Assembly (NCBI GenBank): GCA_020137815.1
Contig: CM035353.1
Coordinates: 8,804,001-8,868,000, forward strand
Origin: Hormiphora californensis
Taxonomy: Eukaryota > Animalia > Ctenophora
DNA length: 64,000 nt
Direction: 5' to 3'
Shown here: one piece after another, positions 45,801 through 56,526 of the stretch
Position numbering within the stretch: position 1 is the stretch's first letter
Layout: every line of letters starts with the position of its first letter
Translations under genes and position numbers: made by a program
Notes under the pieces: generated by a model
Told to the model about the DNA's origin: nothing
Databases searched by the model: none
What the model saw: only the letters and a program-made list of their open reading frames with translations

Positions 45801-47326
45801 CAGTGATGGGTGGGTCGATTTTGAGCGGCAAAAACGCAAAATGCTCAGAGAGCTAATCTCTACCACCTACAACAAACTTGTTCTATTCTGATCCGGTCCA
45901 CTCTCACTTTAAACCCCTCCGCCTCTCCCTCGGCTACGCCTCGGGATCGTCGTCGTGATTTAAACCAGTTTATCCGCCAGTGGCGGATAAACTACAGCTA
46001 CCTTCTCCCAGCGGCACGCTGGGAGAAAAGTATCTGAAATAACGCGCCACTGGCAAGAGTTTATGCCTCATATATATCTACAGGATTATGGGACCAGTTA
46101 TTCCCTCAGTTTTATAAGTCAAGTTTATTTCGTCGTCTATATATTGTTTTTCAACCAGAGCTGTTCGAGTGTGTCATATAACGGGTGACAACTAAAAATC
46201 TGGACATTTTTCTGTGAGCTCTAGCGCCGGTCTCGTTTGAGATACAGCTTCGGGCTAGTGATAGAACGAATTTTCAGACAATTTTGAATCAGAATAACAT
46301 AACGGGAAAGACTAAAAAGTTCATTTTCATTGCCATATCGCATCATTTCCTCTTGACTCACCAAAGCATGTAGTACGGAGATATGAGATTTCTATGTGAT
46401 CAGAAACAACCTTCCCGATGAAATAGAATTCTCAAAATTGGAAGTCTGGTTGTTCATGCCATAACCAACATAACTGCCAAGTTTCAACATTTTAGCTTAT
46501 CAGGAAATTGGTTTTCCATGTCATAAATGTTTCGAGAGATCGTCAAAATGGCGATTTTTCAAATTACCTGTAAACTACGATTTGAAAGGTTTGTTACAGA
46601 TGATTCTGTGATCAGAATTGACATTAACGGAGTGTGAAACAAGGTTAATTTCGTTCAAAATTGTCTGAAAAATCATTCTATCGCTGCCCCGAAGCTGTAT
46701 CTCAAAAAGAACAGACGCTAGAGGTGCTAGAAAAGTGTGTAAATTTCATGTAATACATGCTTTGGTGGGTCAAGAGGAAATGATGCGATATGGCAATGAA
46801 AATGAACTTTTTAGTCTTTCCCGTTGTGTTATTCTGATTCAAAATTGTCTGAAAAATCGTTCTATCACTGGCCTGAAGCTGTATCTCAAACGGGGACGGC
46901 GCTAGAGCTCACAGAAAAGTGTCCAGATTTTTAGTTGTCACCCGTTAATTAGTCGAGGATATACCGCTCTGATGATTCGGCGGAACATCGTCAATATTTT
47001 GGCATGTCTCTGATGATTGAATCATTGGAACAATTACTTGTTAATTTTAAAACGTTTTAGACCTGGAGTTCGTCAGACTTAGAGTCCGCGACCTGGCGGG
47101 TGTTCTAGTTGCACCAAATAAGAATTAGCAGACCTTAACTAAAATGGGTTACCGTTCTCAAAAAGGTATTCCAAAATGTGGATGTGTCCCCGGGATGCCG
47201 CCCAGTGTACACACTGGTACAGGACATCATTTCTTGTAGGCTGGTCGAGAGGTACAGAGAGGCTCTCAAAGTAACGTATCACCTCAATATGGCCTCCCAG
47301 TGCAGCCCAATGGATGCCATAGTAAC
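36097..47326 (-). CDS. Patsas: Ankyrin-repeat DHHC palmitoyltransferase (Patsas / ZDHHC13-17 family); 5'-most exon(s) unresolved
   Basis: Ten phase-compatible exons: 47153-47326, 43729-43841, 43355-43464, 42799-42964, 41745-41950, 41263-41438, 40841-40972, 37832-37972, 37663-37761, 36097-36200. Contains ankyrin repeats ([26 protein letters not shown]), [44 protein letters not shown] (DHHC-CRD), NLTVNE and [15 protein letters not shown] motifs; stop TAA at 36097-36099. Confidence 0.9.
36294..36518. mobile_element. Small hairpin MITE
   Basis: TTA|CAGTGGTCATC...GATGACCACTG|TTA. Confidence 0.7.
36620..37605. mobile_element. Foldback MITE with TTAA TSD (Kolobok-like)
   Basis: TTAA|GGCCAGAGGGG...CCCCTCTGGCC|TTAA; decayed relative at ~38265-39080. 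Confidence 0.85.
37663..37761 (-). CDS. Patsas: Patsas-like exon (TTxE-like and NPF motifs)
   Basis: [32 protein letters not shown]. Confidence 0.88.
37832..37972 (-). CDS. Patsas: Patsas-like exon, transmembrane segments
   Basis: [47 protein letters not shown] (alternative acceptor at 37951). Confidence 0.8.
38432..38949. mobile_element. TIR element ending in G/C runs, nested in a decayed TTAA-type MITE
   Basis: (G)n-CCTGCCGCAA.AATCTCA ... TGAGATT.TTGCGGCAGG-(C)n. Confidence 0.7.
40243..40795. mobile_element. MITE with TTAA TSD inserted in a hairpin-rich repeat
   Basis: TTAA|CAGTATTACGCC...GGCGTGATACTG|TTAA; the empty site ccattTTAAccagtc is visible at ~22404-22418. Confidence 0.85.
40841..40972 (-). 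CDS. Patsas: Patsas-like exon, DHHC catalytic motif
   Basis: [44 protein letters not shown]. Confidence 0.93.
41263..41438 (-). CDS. Patsas: Patsas-like exon (DPG-type motif to the first Zn ligands)
   Basis: [23 protein letters not shown]...[10 protein letters not shown]. Confidence 0.88.
41745..41950 (-). CDS. Patsas: Patsas-like exon, transmembrane segments
   Basis: [10 protein letters not shown]...[42 protein letters not shown]. Confidence 0.85.
42799..42964 (-). CDS. Patsas: Patsas-like exon, ankyrin repeats
   Basis: [55 protein letters not shown]. Confidence 0.88.
43355..43464 (-). CDS. Patsas: Patsas-like exon, ankyrin repeat
   Basis: [36 protein letters not shown]. Confidence 0.88.
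43485..43664. mobile_element. PIF/Harbinger-type MITE
   Basis: TTA TSD; same family as 32271-32454. Confidence 0.82.
43729..43841 (-). CDS. Patsas: Patsas-like exon, ankyrin repeat
   Basis: [38 protein letters not shown]. Confidence 0.88.
44035..44892. mobile_element. MITE family A, long copy
   Basis: TA TSD, TIRs, internal inverted subrepeats. Confidence 0.9.
45445..45908. mobile_element. MITE with TTAA TSD (Kolobok-like)
   Basis: TTAA|AGTGAGAGTGGACCGG...CCGGTCCACTCTCACT|TTAA; relative at ~19530-19720. Confidence 0.82.
46181..46945. mobile_element. Mariner-like MITE
   Basis: TA|ACGGGTGACAAC...GTTGTCACCCGT|TA; arms >170 bp. Confidence 0.85.
47153..47326 (-). CDS. Patsas: Patsas-like exon, ankyrin repeats
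   Basis: [58 protein letters not shown]. Confidence 0.88.
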
Positions 47327-47346
47327 CTAAACGTCAGGAGATACGT

Positions 47347-47348
<2 letters not shown>

Positions 47349-47411
<63 letters not shown>

Positions 47412-47509
47412 GGAGCTCGAGAGATAGAGCGATCGCTCTCTCGCTAGGTCTCATCTCTCCTCTCTCTCTCTCTCTCTCTCTCGTCTCTCGCTCTAGCTCT
47501 ATCTTCTCG

Positions 47510-47546
<37 letters not shown>

Positions 47547-47595
47547 CTCTTCTCTCTCTCTCTCTCCTCTCTCGTCTGCTCTCTCATCTCTCTCG

Positions 47596-47663
<68 letters not shown>

Positions 47664-47669
47664 CTCTCT

Positions 47670-47734
<65 letters not shown>

Positions 47735-47820
47735 GCTCTCTCTCTCTCTTCTCTCTTCTCTCTCTCTCCTCTCTCCTCTCTCGCTCTTCTCTCCCCTCTC
47801 TCTCTCTCTCTCTCTCCCTC
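47349..47820. repeat. (GA)n followed by degenerate (CT)n microsatellite
   Basis: Direct reading; similar tracts at 19120-19200, 21880-21955, 26100-26265, 29355-29490, 39549-39680, 39838-39935. Confidence 0.95.
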
Positions 47821-49199
47821 CTTTTCCTTCTCTTCCCGCCACCCTTTTCCTAGCCATTTCCTTTTCCTCTTTCTTTCCGCCTCTCTCTTATCACAGCCTC
47901 GTCTTCATTAACTGTTTTATATTCTTTCCTGTTTCCCGAGCTGCTTGCTTCACGGTCTGTTGGCCTCGTATTTCCTGCGATTCTGGTGCGATACCGATGC
48001 CCTCTAGCATTTGTGTAGCTATCTATCTTCATCTGTAGACATGTGTTTTAACTGTTTTTATTAAAAAGTATAGAAGCTCTCTTCTCCTCTTCCGTTTCTC
48101 CGAGCTGGTCTCTCTTGCTGGGTCTTCTTCGCGGTCGATCCTCTCCTTCTATGTTCTGGGCATCCGGCCGCAGTATTCTCTCCGTTTCTCTTGATACCTC
48201 AGCCACTCCCGGCACTCCATTGTCGTAGTCTTTCACGTCTAGTTTCAAGCTCTTTCTTCGTTTCACTCTCTCCCGTGGGTCTTCTTTATCGGGTTTTATT
48301 TATCTTTAAACCATGTTTTTCTTTCATTGTGTTTTGCAAAGAAGCTTCCTTTTTTCTTTTTGTTTTCGGTAGGACTCCTCCATGCTGATCTTCGTTGGAC
48401 GGTCATTTTTAATTTCCAGTCTCTACCTCTTCTGGGTTCTTAGTTATACGGTCTCGCTGCCTTTGGGCTTCTCTTTTAAAGGTATGGACCCAGGGGCTGT
48501 CTTTCTGTTCTCATCTTAGTCAATGTGGCCCTTTTTTTTGGGGTTTTGGGGTTTGTTTTTCCCCTTTTTTTTCCCCTCTCCCCCCCCCCCCCCCCCCTCC
48601 CCCTTTTTTTTCCCCCCCCTTCCCCCCTTTTTTCCCTCCCCCCCCCCCCCCCCCCCTTTTTTCCCCCCCCCCCCCCCCCCACCCCCCCCCGGGGCCCCCT
48701 CTCCCCCCCCCCCCCTTCCCCCTTCCCCTATCTCATGCCTTAATGTAGTACCTCATAAATTGTTAATAAAACTTTCTTCCTCCATCGGACCAAGCTATTT
48801 CACTCTTCTTGGCATACACGTTATCTTTCCTTCCAGCACCACTGTCCTCTCAATCGGCCTCCTGTGCTCGCTCCTCTCTTCTCTTCCTCGTTCCTTCCCT
48901 CTTCTCTTCTTACTTCCGTTCTTCTTCGATTAGTAACAATGCACGAATGCTGCTGCTGCACACAAATCCGTACATAGACGGTACGCTTTCTACGTTTCAG
49001 GCCGAGAGTGGGCGAGAGCAGAGTCAGAACTCATTCACTTCTATGCTTTTTGGAGAATAGAAGGAAGTTGAATCTCAATCGATAATGGATAAACATAACG
49101 GCACGGAAATCATGTCGATATCTTCCAACAAACAAAATTTCAAGTCTCTATCTCATCAAATTTCACAAAACCCAAGTGAGGGTCTCTTTAGTTTGGATT

Positions 49200-50081
49200 T
49201 TACTTTAAACTCAATGCTTTTGCCATTCTTGCGAAAATGCTATTCGTGTTCTTTTTTACACCCTCATTATTCTTTTTATACTTATCAAAGTACTCTAAAA
49301 ATATTGGGACCCGGTCCTCGAGGGGTCGATTAGACATAAAATATCCAACAGTTCTTCCATCTGGATCTATGATGTATTGAGTAACGGTATGATCGAGGAT
49401 ATAATCATTCGGATCATCGTATGCCTGTCCTTTACTGCGATAACACCTAAACGCATTACAGACACTATCAATTTGTTCTTCACTACCCAAGAGCCCTTGT
49501 ATGGAGGGGTGATAGTCAGCCAGGTACTCGTCTAGTTGTTCCGGGGTATCTCTCTCTATATCGATCGTGATCATCAGTGGAGTTATATCAATACCATACT
49601 CTTTTGTTAGTGTATCCGTCACTTCCCCCATCATCTCCATCTGTTCAGGGCATATGTCAGGACAGTAGGTAAATCCAAAATAAAGCAGTACCCATTTGCC
49701 TTTCAACGTTTCAGATGATACAATTTGACCTTTTGTATTTATTAATTCGAAGGGGCCACCAATAGCTAACTCTCCATACACTTTAGCAGGACCGTTTCTA
49801 CTCTCTACAGCCTCTCTATCCTTTGTGATTATAACCAAGCACATCCAGCAATAGGCCCCAACTATCCATACCAGCAGTGATTTCTTGAATCGACTCGCTG
49901 TGTACCACCACACCTTGATCCTTGTTGTTGTTGGAGTTTCCTCTGCCTCTCTTTGTACGTCCTCAATATACCTTTCTCGAGATGATTTAAGTTTTTCAGG
50001 TCGTTGAGGAAATGATTTATGTGCGAAGTATCTGCAACAGCTAGTCACCGCTCTCAAAGTTGGTATACGAGATAGATGCAT
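49200..50081 (-). CDS. SCO1: SCO1/SCO2 mitochondrial copper chaperone for cytochrome c oxidase (intronless)
   Basis: Arg-rich presequence, one TM helix, IGGPFELI...WVLLYFGFTYCPDICPEQ (CxxxC), DYILDH; ATG at 50081. Confidence 0.95.
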   Translation of the reverse strand: MHLSRIPTLRAVTSCCRYFAHKSFPQRPEKLKSSRERYIEDVQREAEETPTTTRIKVWWYTASRFKKSLLVWIVGAYCWMCLVIITKDREAVESRNGPAKVYGELAIGGPFELINTKGQIVSSETLKGKWVLLYFGFTYCPDICPEQMEMMGEVTDTLTKEYGIDITPLMITIDIERDTPEQLDEYLADYHPSIQGLLGSEEQIDSVCNAFRCYRSKGQAYDDPNDYILDHTVTQYIIDPDGRTVGYFMSNRPLEDRVPIFLEYFDKYKKNNEGVKKNTNSIFARMAKALSLK

Positions 50082-50356
50082 CACCTAAAATAATGTATTC
50101 ACAGTGGTCAAACTAGTTCGTTGCAGCGGATTTTTCAAAAAGTTAATTCTAAAATCAATAACGCGCGGAGGGGGATCCTATTGTGAGCTCAATCTTGGTC
50201 ACGTGCAGATCTCGTATCGCTCACTAATAAGTAATAGGTGCTCTCCTGGTCCTGGTGTGCTCTTGGACCTGGTGCGCTCTTGGAGGCTCTTGAACTTTAT
50301 GTCACCAAGTAAAGCCCGAGATGAAGTCTGTGAGACGTTAAAATCTGGGATCGAAG

Positions 50357-53300
50357 AAACAATAAATCAATTCATCCTCGGATCAATTCATCCTCGGATC
50401 CTCAAGTTCTTCTCACTCCTCTGCTCAGGTCACCAGTTCAGTATTTGTTAGACTAGTGATAGCAATCTTCCTCCGATTTCCTCTTAATGCAATAAGGCAT
50501 GATCTCAGGAGGGAGAATCGTAGCCTCGTCCTCAGGTGAGCCATCACTTCACTGTACGGTTCTCCGGTTCTTGTGGAGATTCGGTGTGAGAGAGTCTTTA
50601 GCACCTTTTCGAACTCATTTGCTATTCCACCTGCTGTATTCATAACCAGCGGAGAGAAGGCACCCCCTTCAACTTCTCGTACACGTTTTCCGTACGATTG
50701 CTTCTTGCTAGCCTCGTTTCTTCGGTAGAGTTGGTCGAGGGGCGTGTCGATATAGGAGGGCGAATTGGCATGGAAAATTCGCACATCCATATGAGCCAGC
50801 TGCATTTTTCGCCACATGTCAAGTGCAACCACATCCATCCTTGCATCAGGGGCTGTGTTTGCCGAAGGGTGAAAGTGTATTCCGTCCGGACAAGGGAGAA
50901 GTAGCTTCTCTGTTTCCACACCTTTGAGGCCCGCATACGAGCATATCTCCGCCATTAGGTCCCTGATGTTGTCGTGACGGAGGATGGAATAGCCCCCGGT
51001 TGAACAGGACAAGGTATGGTCCGCATTGTTTGGCTTTCCACATACGCATGTCGCGCCCAAATCTTTGACCTCAAACCCGTATCGCAGTGCCACTGAGTCG
51101 ACGAATTCCAATTGATTCAGTTCGAAGCCCAGGTGAGGGTAGGGTGTTGCCGTGAGCCATACAGATGCTCCGGCCTCTCCAGCGAGCTCTAGACATCTCA
51201 CTAGCTTTGGGCATGTGATTCTAGTGAGTAACTCTTTGAGAGTGTCTGAGTGGTGGTCATCATTCTCCTTTGCTATCTTATTCCTTGCCTCTCTTGCATT
51301 CTTCTCCACTAGAGCCATTTCTATTTCTTCTTCGTTACGGCATAGTATCAAATCAACAAGGGGCTTCGTCAATGCTCGGGAGTTGCTGTATGATCTGTCA
51401 GAGGTTTTGACGGGGTTCTCAATTCCCATTCCACCCTTCCCAGAGGGGAGTGCCAGTATCTCCCGTTCTAGGTCGGACACTTGACGGCCCACCAGACATG
51501 GAATCAACTGTGAACGGATGGTGTGTTCAAGCGGATCAAACAGATCACTGATGTCTGGAACTGTTCGCTGGAGAAAGGCCCACTTGAATCGGAAGCTTCT
51601 CACAAAGTTGCTGTACGCCAAATGAGGATGGGCTTTGGCAATAGCCACAAGATTTTCCAGCTCAATGCACCATTTGGAAACTGCAGCAGAAACAAATGTT
51701 TGCTTGAAGGTCTCAGATCCTATGGAAGCACCTAGGTGACGAGCACCTTCAGCAGTGATTTGAACCCCAGTATCTCCAAACAGTCGCTTTGCATGGTCGA
51801 GCAGTTCAGGTTTCACGATAAGATGGCACTTTGCAGGGTTTACAAAATATCCGAAACTGGGGCCAAAGGTTGTCACCTTGTCAAACCACTCTAACAAGCC
51901 CGTGAGCTTCCCTGCATTGTTTGCATCGTCTGCATACCACACTTGTGTTGTATCTGGCGTCTCCGCAAGCTCGATCAGTCTTAGTATGCCAATTGAGTAG
52001 AAGTCCATTGCAGCCGGATCTCCCTGTGTGGCTCCTTCAGAGCTCCACAGTAGCTTTTCACCAACAAAAAGTGCCCTTGGCTTCCCGTAGATGTTGGTCA
52101 GAAATGTGGAGAGGTCCGGACAGTAGAAGGTAGTGTTCTTCAGGGCCATTTTCCGGTTGAGATTGTTAAACGCGTTCTGGGCGTCCAATAACAGTACACC
52201 TTCACATTCCTCAGATTCAAACTTCTCACTCAGTGCATGGATCGCTGCCTCCACACCTCCTAACTGACCTGCAGCTAGTTGAACCTTTCCAGCCGCATTC
52301 TTGATGTCCGACTTGATGGTGCGAATAATGGCCTTGGTCATAACACGTCTGAAACACTCTCCTATTCCAATAGGACGTGTACCACCTCCAGGCTTGGCAA
52401 GGGGCATGAGGCGACTTGCACAGAAAATGTCCAAAGCTTTCAAGTCAACCTGCTCTGTGGCTAGGGTCCGAGCTGCTTTTGCAAGCGCTGTGCACAATGC
52501 TGGGGGTGATTTCTTGAACTTCCTGGAGCAAAGGATTCGGTGTATTCCTGTTGCATCTAGTCCACTTGGCCCTCCACTACCTTTGAGGCTTTTGCCGCAT
52601 GAGAAAATCGTTTGCCCATTCATACCGTCAAAGGTGACTTCCAATACTGCATCTGTTGGCCCCTGTCTCGCCAGGGTACTGTTGGCAGGCTGACCCTTTG
52701 GGTGTTTCTCTAGCAGATCAGACAATACGGACTCGTCGTTGCAGTCCTTAACTCCAGTTGTATGCCTCTCAGGGTTCAACCATGCAGTTGCCTCTGTAAC
52801 TCTCCCCTCTCTGGTTAGGTCCACAAATCTCTTAGTGCAGAGTTCCGAAGATGGGACATTGTGCTTCAATGGTTTCTGGATAACCTTGGCTTCCCGAACC
52901 AACGCCTCAAAGTCTCCATCGTGCCACAGTTTTAGGCGTCGTTTGAGAACTTGAGCATGCTCCCGATTCTTCGACTTCTTGGCCGGCTTCTGGAGTAGCA
53001 GCAGTGGGGCTATAACCAAAGCAGATAAGGACCATCCTCTGGTGTCTTCCCTATCACTGAAGAGACCTGCCAGTCTGGTAAGTTCATCAATGAAAGAACG
53101 GCCCACTTGACCGAAGGGAACTTTGAACAGGTTGGTTGACCATCCCTGACTGATCATAGAGATGTTGGAGAAAGCCTCGATGAGCTCTTCCCCATTCAAC
53201 GGTCCCCAACAGTTAGCTTTACAAGGCACTGTAGTCTTCCAAACTAATCTGTTTAGGTTGAAACAGGCAGTACAATACCACACTACAGGTGTATGAACCA

Positions 53301-53800
53301 TTTGTTCAGATTGATTAACCGGTGTCATGCAGGTCTGGTGAAAAGGTTCATGACAGGCTTCACATTTGGCATTCTCATAAGACGGCAGTGTTTCATAGCA
53401 TTGCCCACACTTCTCTTCTGTAAACCACCTCGACTCATTTATCAGTCTGCTTATGGGCGTTGAGTTTGAAATGGGTGTTCCCCTTGTGATGCTGGTGTTG
53501 GGAGTAGCATAATCATGGTCACCATCTGAAGCCGATCCTGAGCTGTCGGAGGATAGAGAGTCGTCAGGGGATACGACAAACGATCTGAGGTGAGCTTGTG
53601 GGTGGAACGGTCTGTGTAGGGATGATGACGGCCGAAGGGCTACTGGTGAGAGACGTGCCTTGGCTTTGGATCGCGTGATCATGTGATCAGGGTGGTGAGT
53701 GATTGTTGAGGATTCTCAACTTGTTGGGTGTATGAATAATAAGTCCTTTCCGCGGAAATTTCCGGGAAGAACTTTGACGTTTCGTTGAGTGTGCTCAACT
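50357..53800 (-). mobile_element. Full-length CRE-clade (RLE) non-LTR retrotransposon
   Basis: Single 1085-aa ORF; 3' UTR with duplicated gatccgaggatgaatt shared with the copy at 54042-54697; 5' boundary approximate. Confidence 0.85.
50425..53682 (-). CDS. Retrotransposon protein: PHD finger - reverse transcriptase - CCHC zinc knuckle - restriction-like endonuclease
   Basis: C4HC3 PHD (CGQC..CEAC..FHQTC..WYCTAC); RT motifs RPIGIGE, LDAQNAFN, GATQGDP, WYADD, HLG; CVCG..H..C..RHD.IRD; ARMDV...DVRI...K RLE. Confidence 0.92.
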   Translation of the reverse strand: MITRSKAKARLSPVALRPSSSLHRPFHPQAHLRSFVVSPDDSLSSDSSGSASDGDHDYATPNTSITRGTPISNSTPISRLINESRWFTEEKCGQCYETLPSYENAKCEACHEPFHQTCMTPVNQSEQMVHTPVVWYCTACFNLNRLVWKTTVPCKANCWGPLNGEELIEAFSNISMISQGWSTNLFKVPFGQVGRSFIDELTRLAGLFSDREDTRGWSLSALVIAPLLLLQKPAKKSKNREHAQVLKRRLKLWHDGDFEALVREAKVIQKPLKHNVPSSELCTKRFVDLTREGRVTEATAWLNPERHTTGVKDCNDESVLSDLLEKHPKGQPANSTLARQGPTDAVLEVTFDGMNGQTIFSCGKSLKGSGGPSGLDATGIHRILCSRKFKKSPPALCTALAKAARTLATEQVDLKALDIFCASRLMPLAKPGGGTRPIGIGECFRRVMTKAIIRTIKSDIKNAAGKVQLAAGQLGGVEAAIHALSEKFESEECEGVLLLDAQNAFNNLNRKMALKNTTFYCPDLSTFLTNIYGKPRALFVGEKLLWSSEGATQGDPAAMDFYSIGILRLIELAETPDTTQVWYADDANNAGKLTGLLEWFDKVTTFGPSFGYFVNPAKCHLIVKPELLDHAKRLFGDTGVQITAEGARHLGASIGSETFKQTFVSAAVSKWCIELENLVAIAKAHPHLAYSNFVRSFRFKWAFLQRTVPDISDLFDPLEHTIRSQLIPCLVGRQVSDLEREILALPSGKGGMGIENPVKTSDRSYSNSRALTKPLVDLILCRNEEEIEMALVEKNAREARNKIAKENDDHHSDTLKELLTRITCPKLVRCLELAGEAGASVWLTATPYPHLGFELNQLEFVDSVALRYGFEVKDLGATCVCGKPNNADHTLSCSTGGYSILRHDNIRDLMAEICSYAGLKGVETEKLLLPCPDGIHFHPSANTAPDARMDVVALDMWRKMQLAHMDVRIFHANSPSYIDTPLDQLYRRNEASKKQSYGKRVREVEGGAFSPLVMNTAGGIANEFEKVLKTLSHRISTRTGEPYSEVMAHLRTRLRFSLLRSCLIALRGNRRKIAITSLTNTELVT

Positions 53801-54041
53801 AGAAAAAGAAAATAAAGAAGAGATCTTGTTGATCTTAACGTCTGGAACCCTCTCTGGCCTATCGATGGCCAGAGAGACAAATAGCAAGAAATAGCAAGTG
53901 CGGAAAACGACTTTGCGAAAACGACAAAAAAAATCTGGGTGTTTGGTTACGCGCAAATCCAGAATTTACGCCGCGCACGCGCACATGGTTTTTTAGCTCG
54001 GAGAAAATCACAACTGAAACTTTTTTTCAAAATTCACCGTT

Positions 54042-54697
54042 TCCTGTTCAACCGGGGGCTATTCCATCCTCCGTCACGATAACATCAGGGACCTCATGGT
54101 GGAGATATGCTCATATGCGGGCCTCAAAGCTGTGGAAACGGAGAAGCTACTTCTCCCTTGTCCGGACGGCATCCACTTTCACCCTTCGGCAAACACAGCC
54201 CCTGATGCAAGGATGGATGTGGTCGCACTTGACATGTGGCGAAAAATGCAGCTTGCTCATATGGATGTGCGAATTTTCCATGCCAATTCGCCCTCCTATA
54301 TCGACACGCCCCTCGAGCAACTCTACCGAAGAAACGAGGCCAGCAAGAAGCAGTCGTACGGAAAACGTGTACGAGAAGTTGAAGGGGGTGCCTTCTCTCC
54401 GCTGGTTATGAATACAGCAGGTGGGATAGCCAATGAGTTCGAAAAGGTGCTAAAGACCCTCTCACACCGAATCTCCACAAGAACCGGAGAACCGTATAGT
54501 GAAGTTATGGCTCACCTGAGGACGAGGCTACGATTCTCCCTCCTGAGATCATGCCTTATTGCATTAAGAGGAAATCGGAGGAAGATTGCTATCACTAGTC
54601 TAACAAATACTGAACTGGTGACCTGAGGAAGAGAGGAATGAGAAGAACTTGGGGATCCGAGGATGAATTGATCCGAGGATGAATTGATTTATTGTTT
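54042..54697 (+). mobile_element. 5'-truncated copy of the same CRE element, inverted relative to the full-length copy
   Basis: ORF 54096-54626 almost identical to the last 176 aa of the full ORF, with the same 3' UTR; scattered substitutions. Confidence 0.92.
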
Positions 54698-54779
54698 TGT
54701 TACTGAGCATTTTTTTTTGTTTAAGAAAAGAATAGGATAATAAAATTGTAATAAAAGAAGCCACATGCATCTGGCCTAA

Positions 54780-56309
54780 GGGCGGAATCACACCAAGATC
54801 TTCGAAAGAATTGTTTCGACGCACCAAACTCAATCACACTGAAAAGTATGGTTGGTTCTTCACAGCAGGCGTTCAGTTGTTGTGAACGCCTGCTATGCGC
54901 GGCGCATTGGCACGTGCATCTTGGGCGCTGGTAGGCTTTCACATGTTGTAACATATTATAGAAGCCTGCCAGCGCCCAAGATGCACGTGCCAATGCGCCG
55001 CGCACAGCAGGCGTTCACAACAACTGAACGCCTGCTGTGAAGAACCAACCATACTTTTCAGTGTGATTGAGTTTGGCCCAGGTCAAAATTGTTGAAAAAG
55101 TGCTGGCAATGGGAATTTTGGGATTCAAAAAGTGCTGGAATTTTGCTATTGCACGTTGACGTCAATAATGCCTCTCTTCCGCCGGTCGCGGAGCCAATTT
55201 CTCTAATAAACGTCCTAGGGTGTTCCGATTGGTCTATATTTACTCCCTATAACCGTGGATGGTCGATAAATTGAGTTTTAGGGGGTGAAAGATGGGTGCT
55301 GGCATCCAGCAATGGGGCAGCAATGGATCAATTTTACAGAAAAAGTTACTGTGTCAATATGGCCTCTCTGTCACCGGTCGCGAGGCAAATTTCTCCAATA
55401 AACGTCCTAGGGTGTTCCAATTGGTCTATATTTATTCCCTATAACCGTGGATAGTCGATAAATAGAGTTTTAGGGGGTGCTGGCTGGGTGCTGGGATCCA
55501 GCAATGGGGCAGCAATGGATCAATTTTACAGAAAAAGTTACTGTGTCAATATGGCCTCTCTGTCACCGGTCGCGAGGCAAATTTCTCCAATAAACGTCCT
55601 AGGGTGTTCCAATTGGTCTATATTTACTCCCTATAACCGTGGATAGTCGATAAATTGAGTCTTAGGGGGTGAAGAATGGGTGCTGGCATCCAGCAATATG
55701 CAGCAATGAGACACGTTTACATTGCTGCCCCATTGCTGGATCCCAGCACCCAGCCAGCACCCCCTAAAACTCTATTTATCGACTATCCACGGTTATAGAG
55801 AGTAAATGTAGACCAATTGGAACACCCTAGGACGTTTATTGGAGAAATTTGCCTCGCGACCGGTGGCAGAGAGGCTATATTGACATAGTAACTTTTTCTG
55901 TAAAATCGATCCATTGCTGCCCCATTGCTGGATGCCAGCACCCAGCCAGCACCCCCTAAGACTCAATATATCGACTACCCACGGTTATAAGGAGTAAATA
56001 TAGACCAATTGGAACACCCTAGGACGTTTATTAGAGAAATTTGCTTCGCGACCGGTGGTAGAGAGGCCAATATATTGGCATAGTAAGTTTTTCTGTAAAA
56101 TCGATCAAAAATAGCACCTAATGTCGACAATATATGGACCAATAGGAGCACGCCAGACTCAATTTAATAGTTCCCTCTTAAATTTCAAAATGTGCTGGGA
56201 GTTTACCAAAATGTGCTGGCAAGCGCATTGCTACATTGTCAACAATTTTGACCTGGGGAGTTTGGTGCGTGGAAACAATTCTTTCGAAGATTTTGGTGTG
56301 ACTCCGCCC
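54780..56309. mobile_element. PIF/Harbinger-type foldback element with internal ~190-bp tandem repeats and a nested ~250-bp hairpin
   Basis: TAA|GGGCGGA.TCACACCAA...TTGGTGTGA.TCCGCCC|TAA. Confidence 0.8.
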
Positions 56310-56397
56310 TAACAATGTCAATAATAGTATATATAAATTGTTTTTTACTGACTGGCTACACGAAGAAAATCACATAAAATACATGCAACATTATTAT

Positions 56398-56501
56398 AAT
56401 GAGATCTGATCAGGATTAAATAGGGAGGAAACTAGAAAAATATCTGGCGAGGGCCGGGCTCGAACCGACAACCTCTGCATTACATGTACATTGCTCTAAC
56501 C
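56398..56501 (-). mobile_element. tRNA-derived SINE
   Basis: B box GGTTCGAGCCC; tail ccctatttaatcctga..agatctcat shared with ~25546-25600, ~39131 and ~61831. Confidence 0.6.
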
Positions 56502-56526
56502 TATTGATACATGCAACAGTTAAAGA

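Noticed and set aside
47300-48933. SL/ER/Pro-rich ORFs (also 21823, 26076, 29184, 39737, 63221)
   Set aside because: Translations of microsatellites and homopolymers
53772-53800. Hammerhead ribozyme in the CRE leader (stem + GAAACGTC)
   Set aside because: The CUGANGA box is absent upstream of the stem
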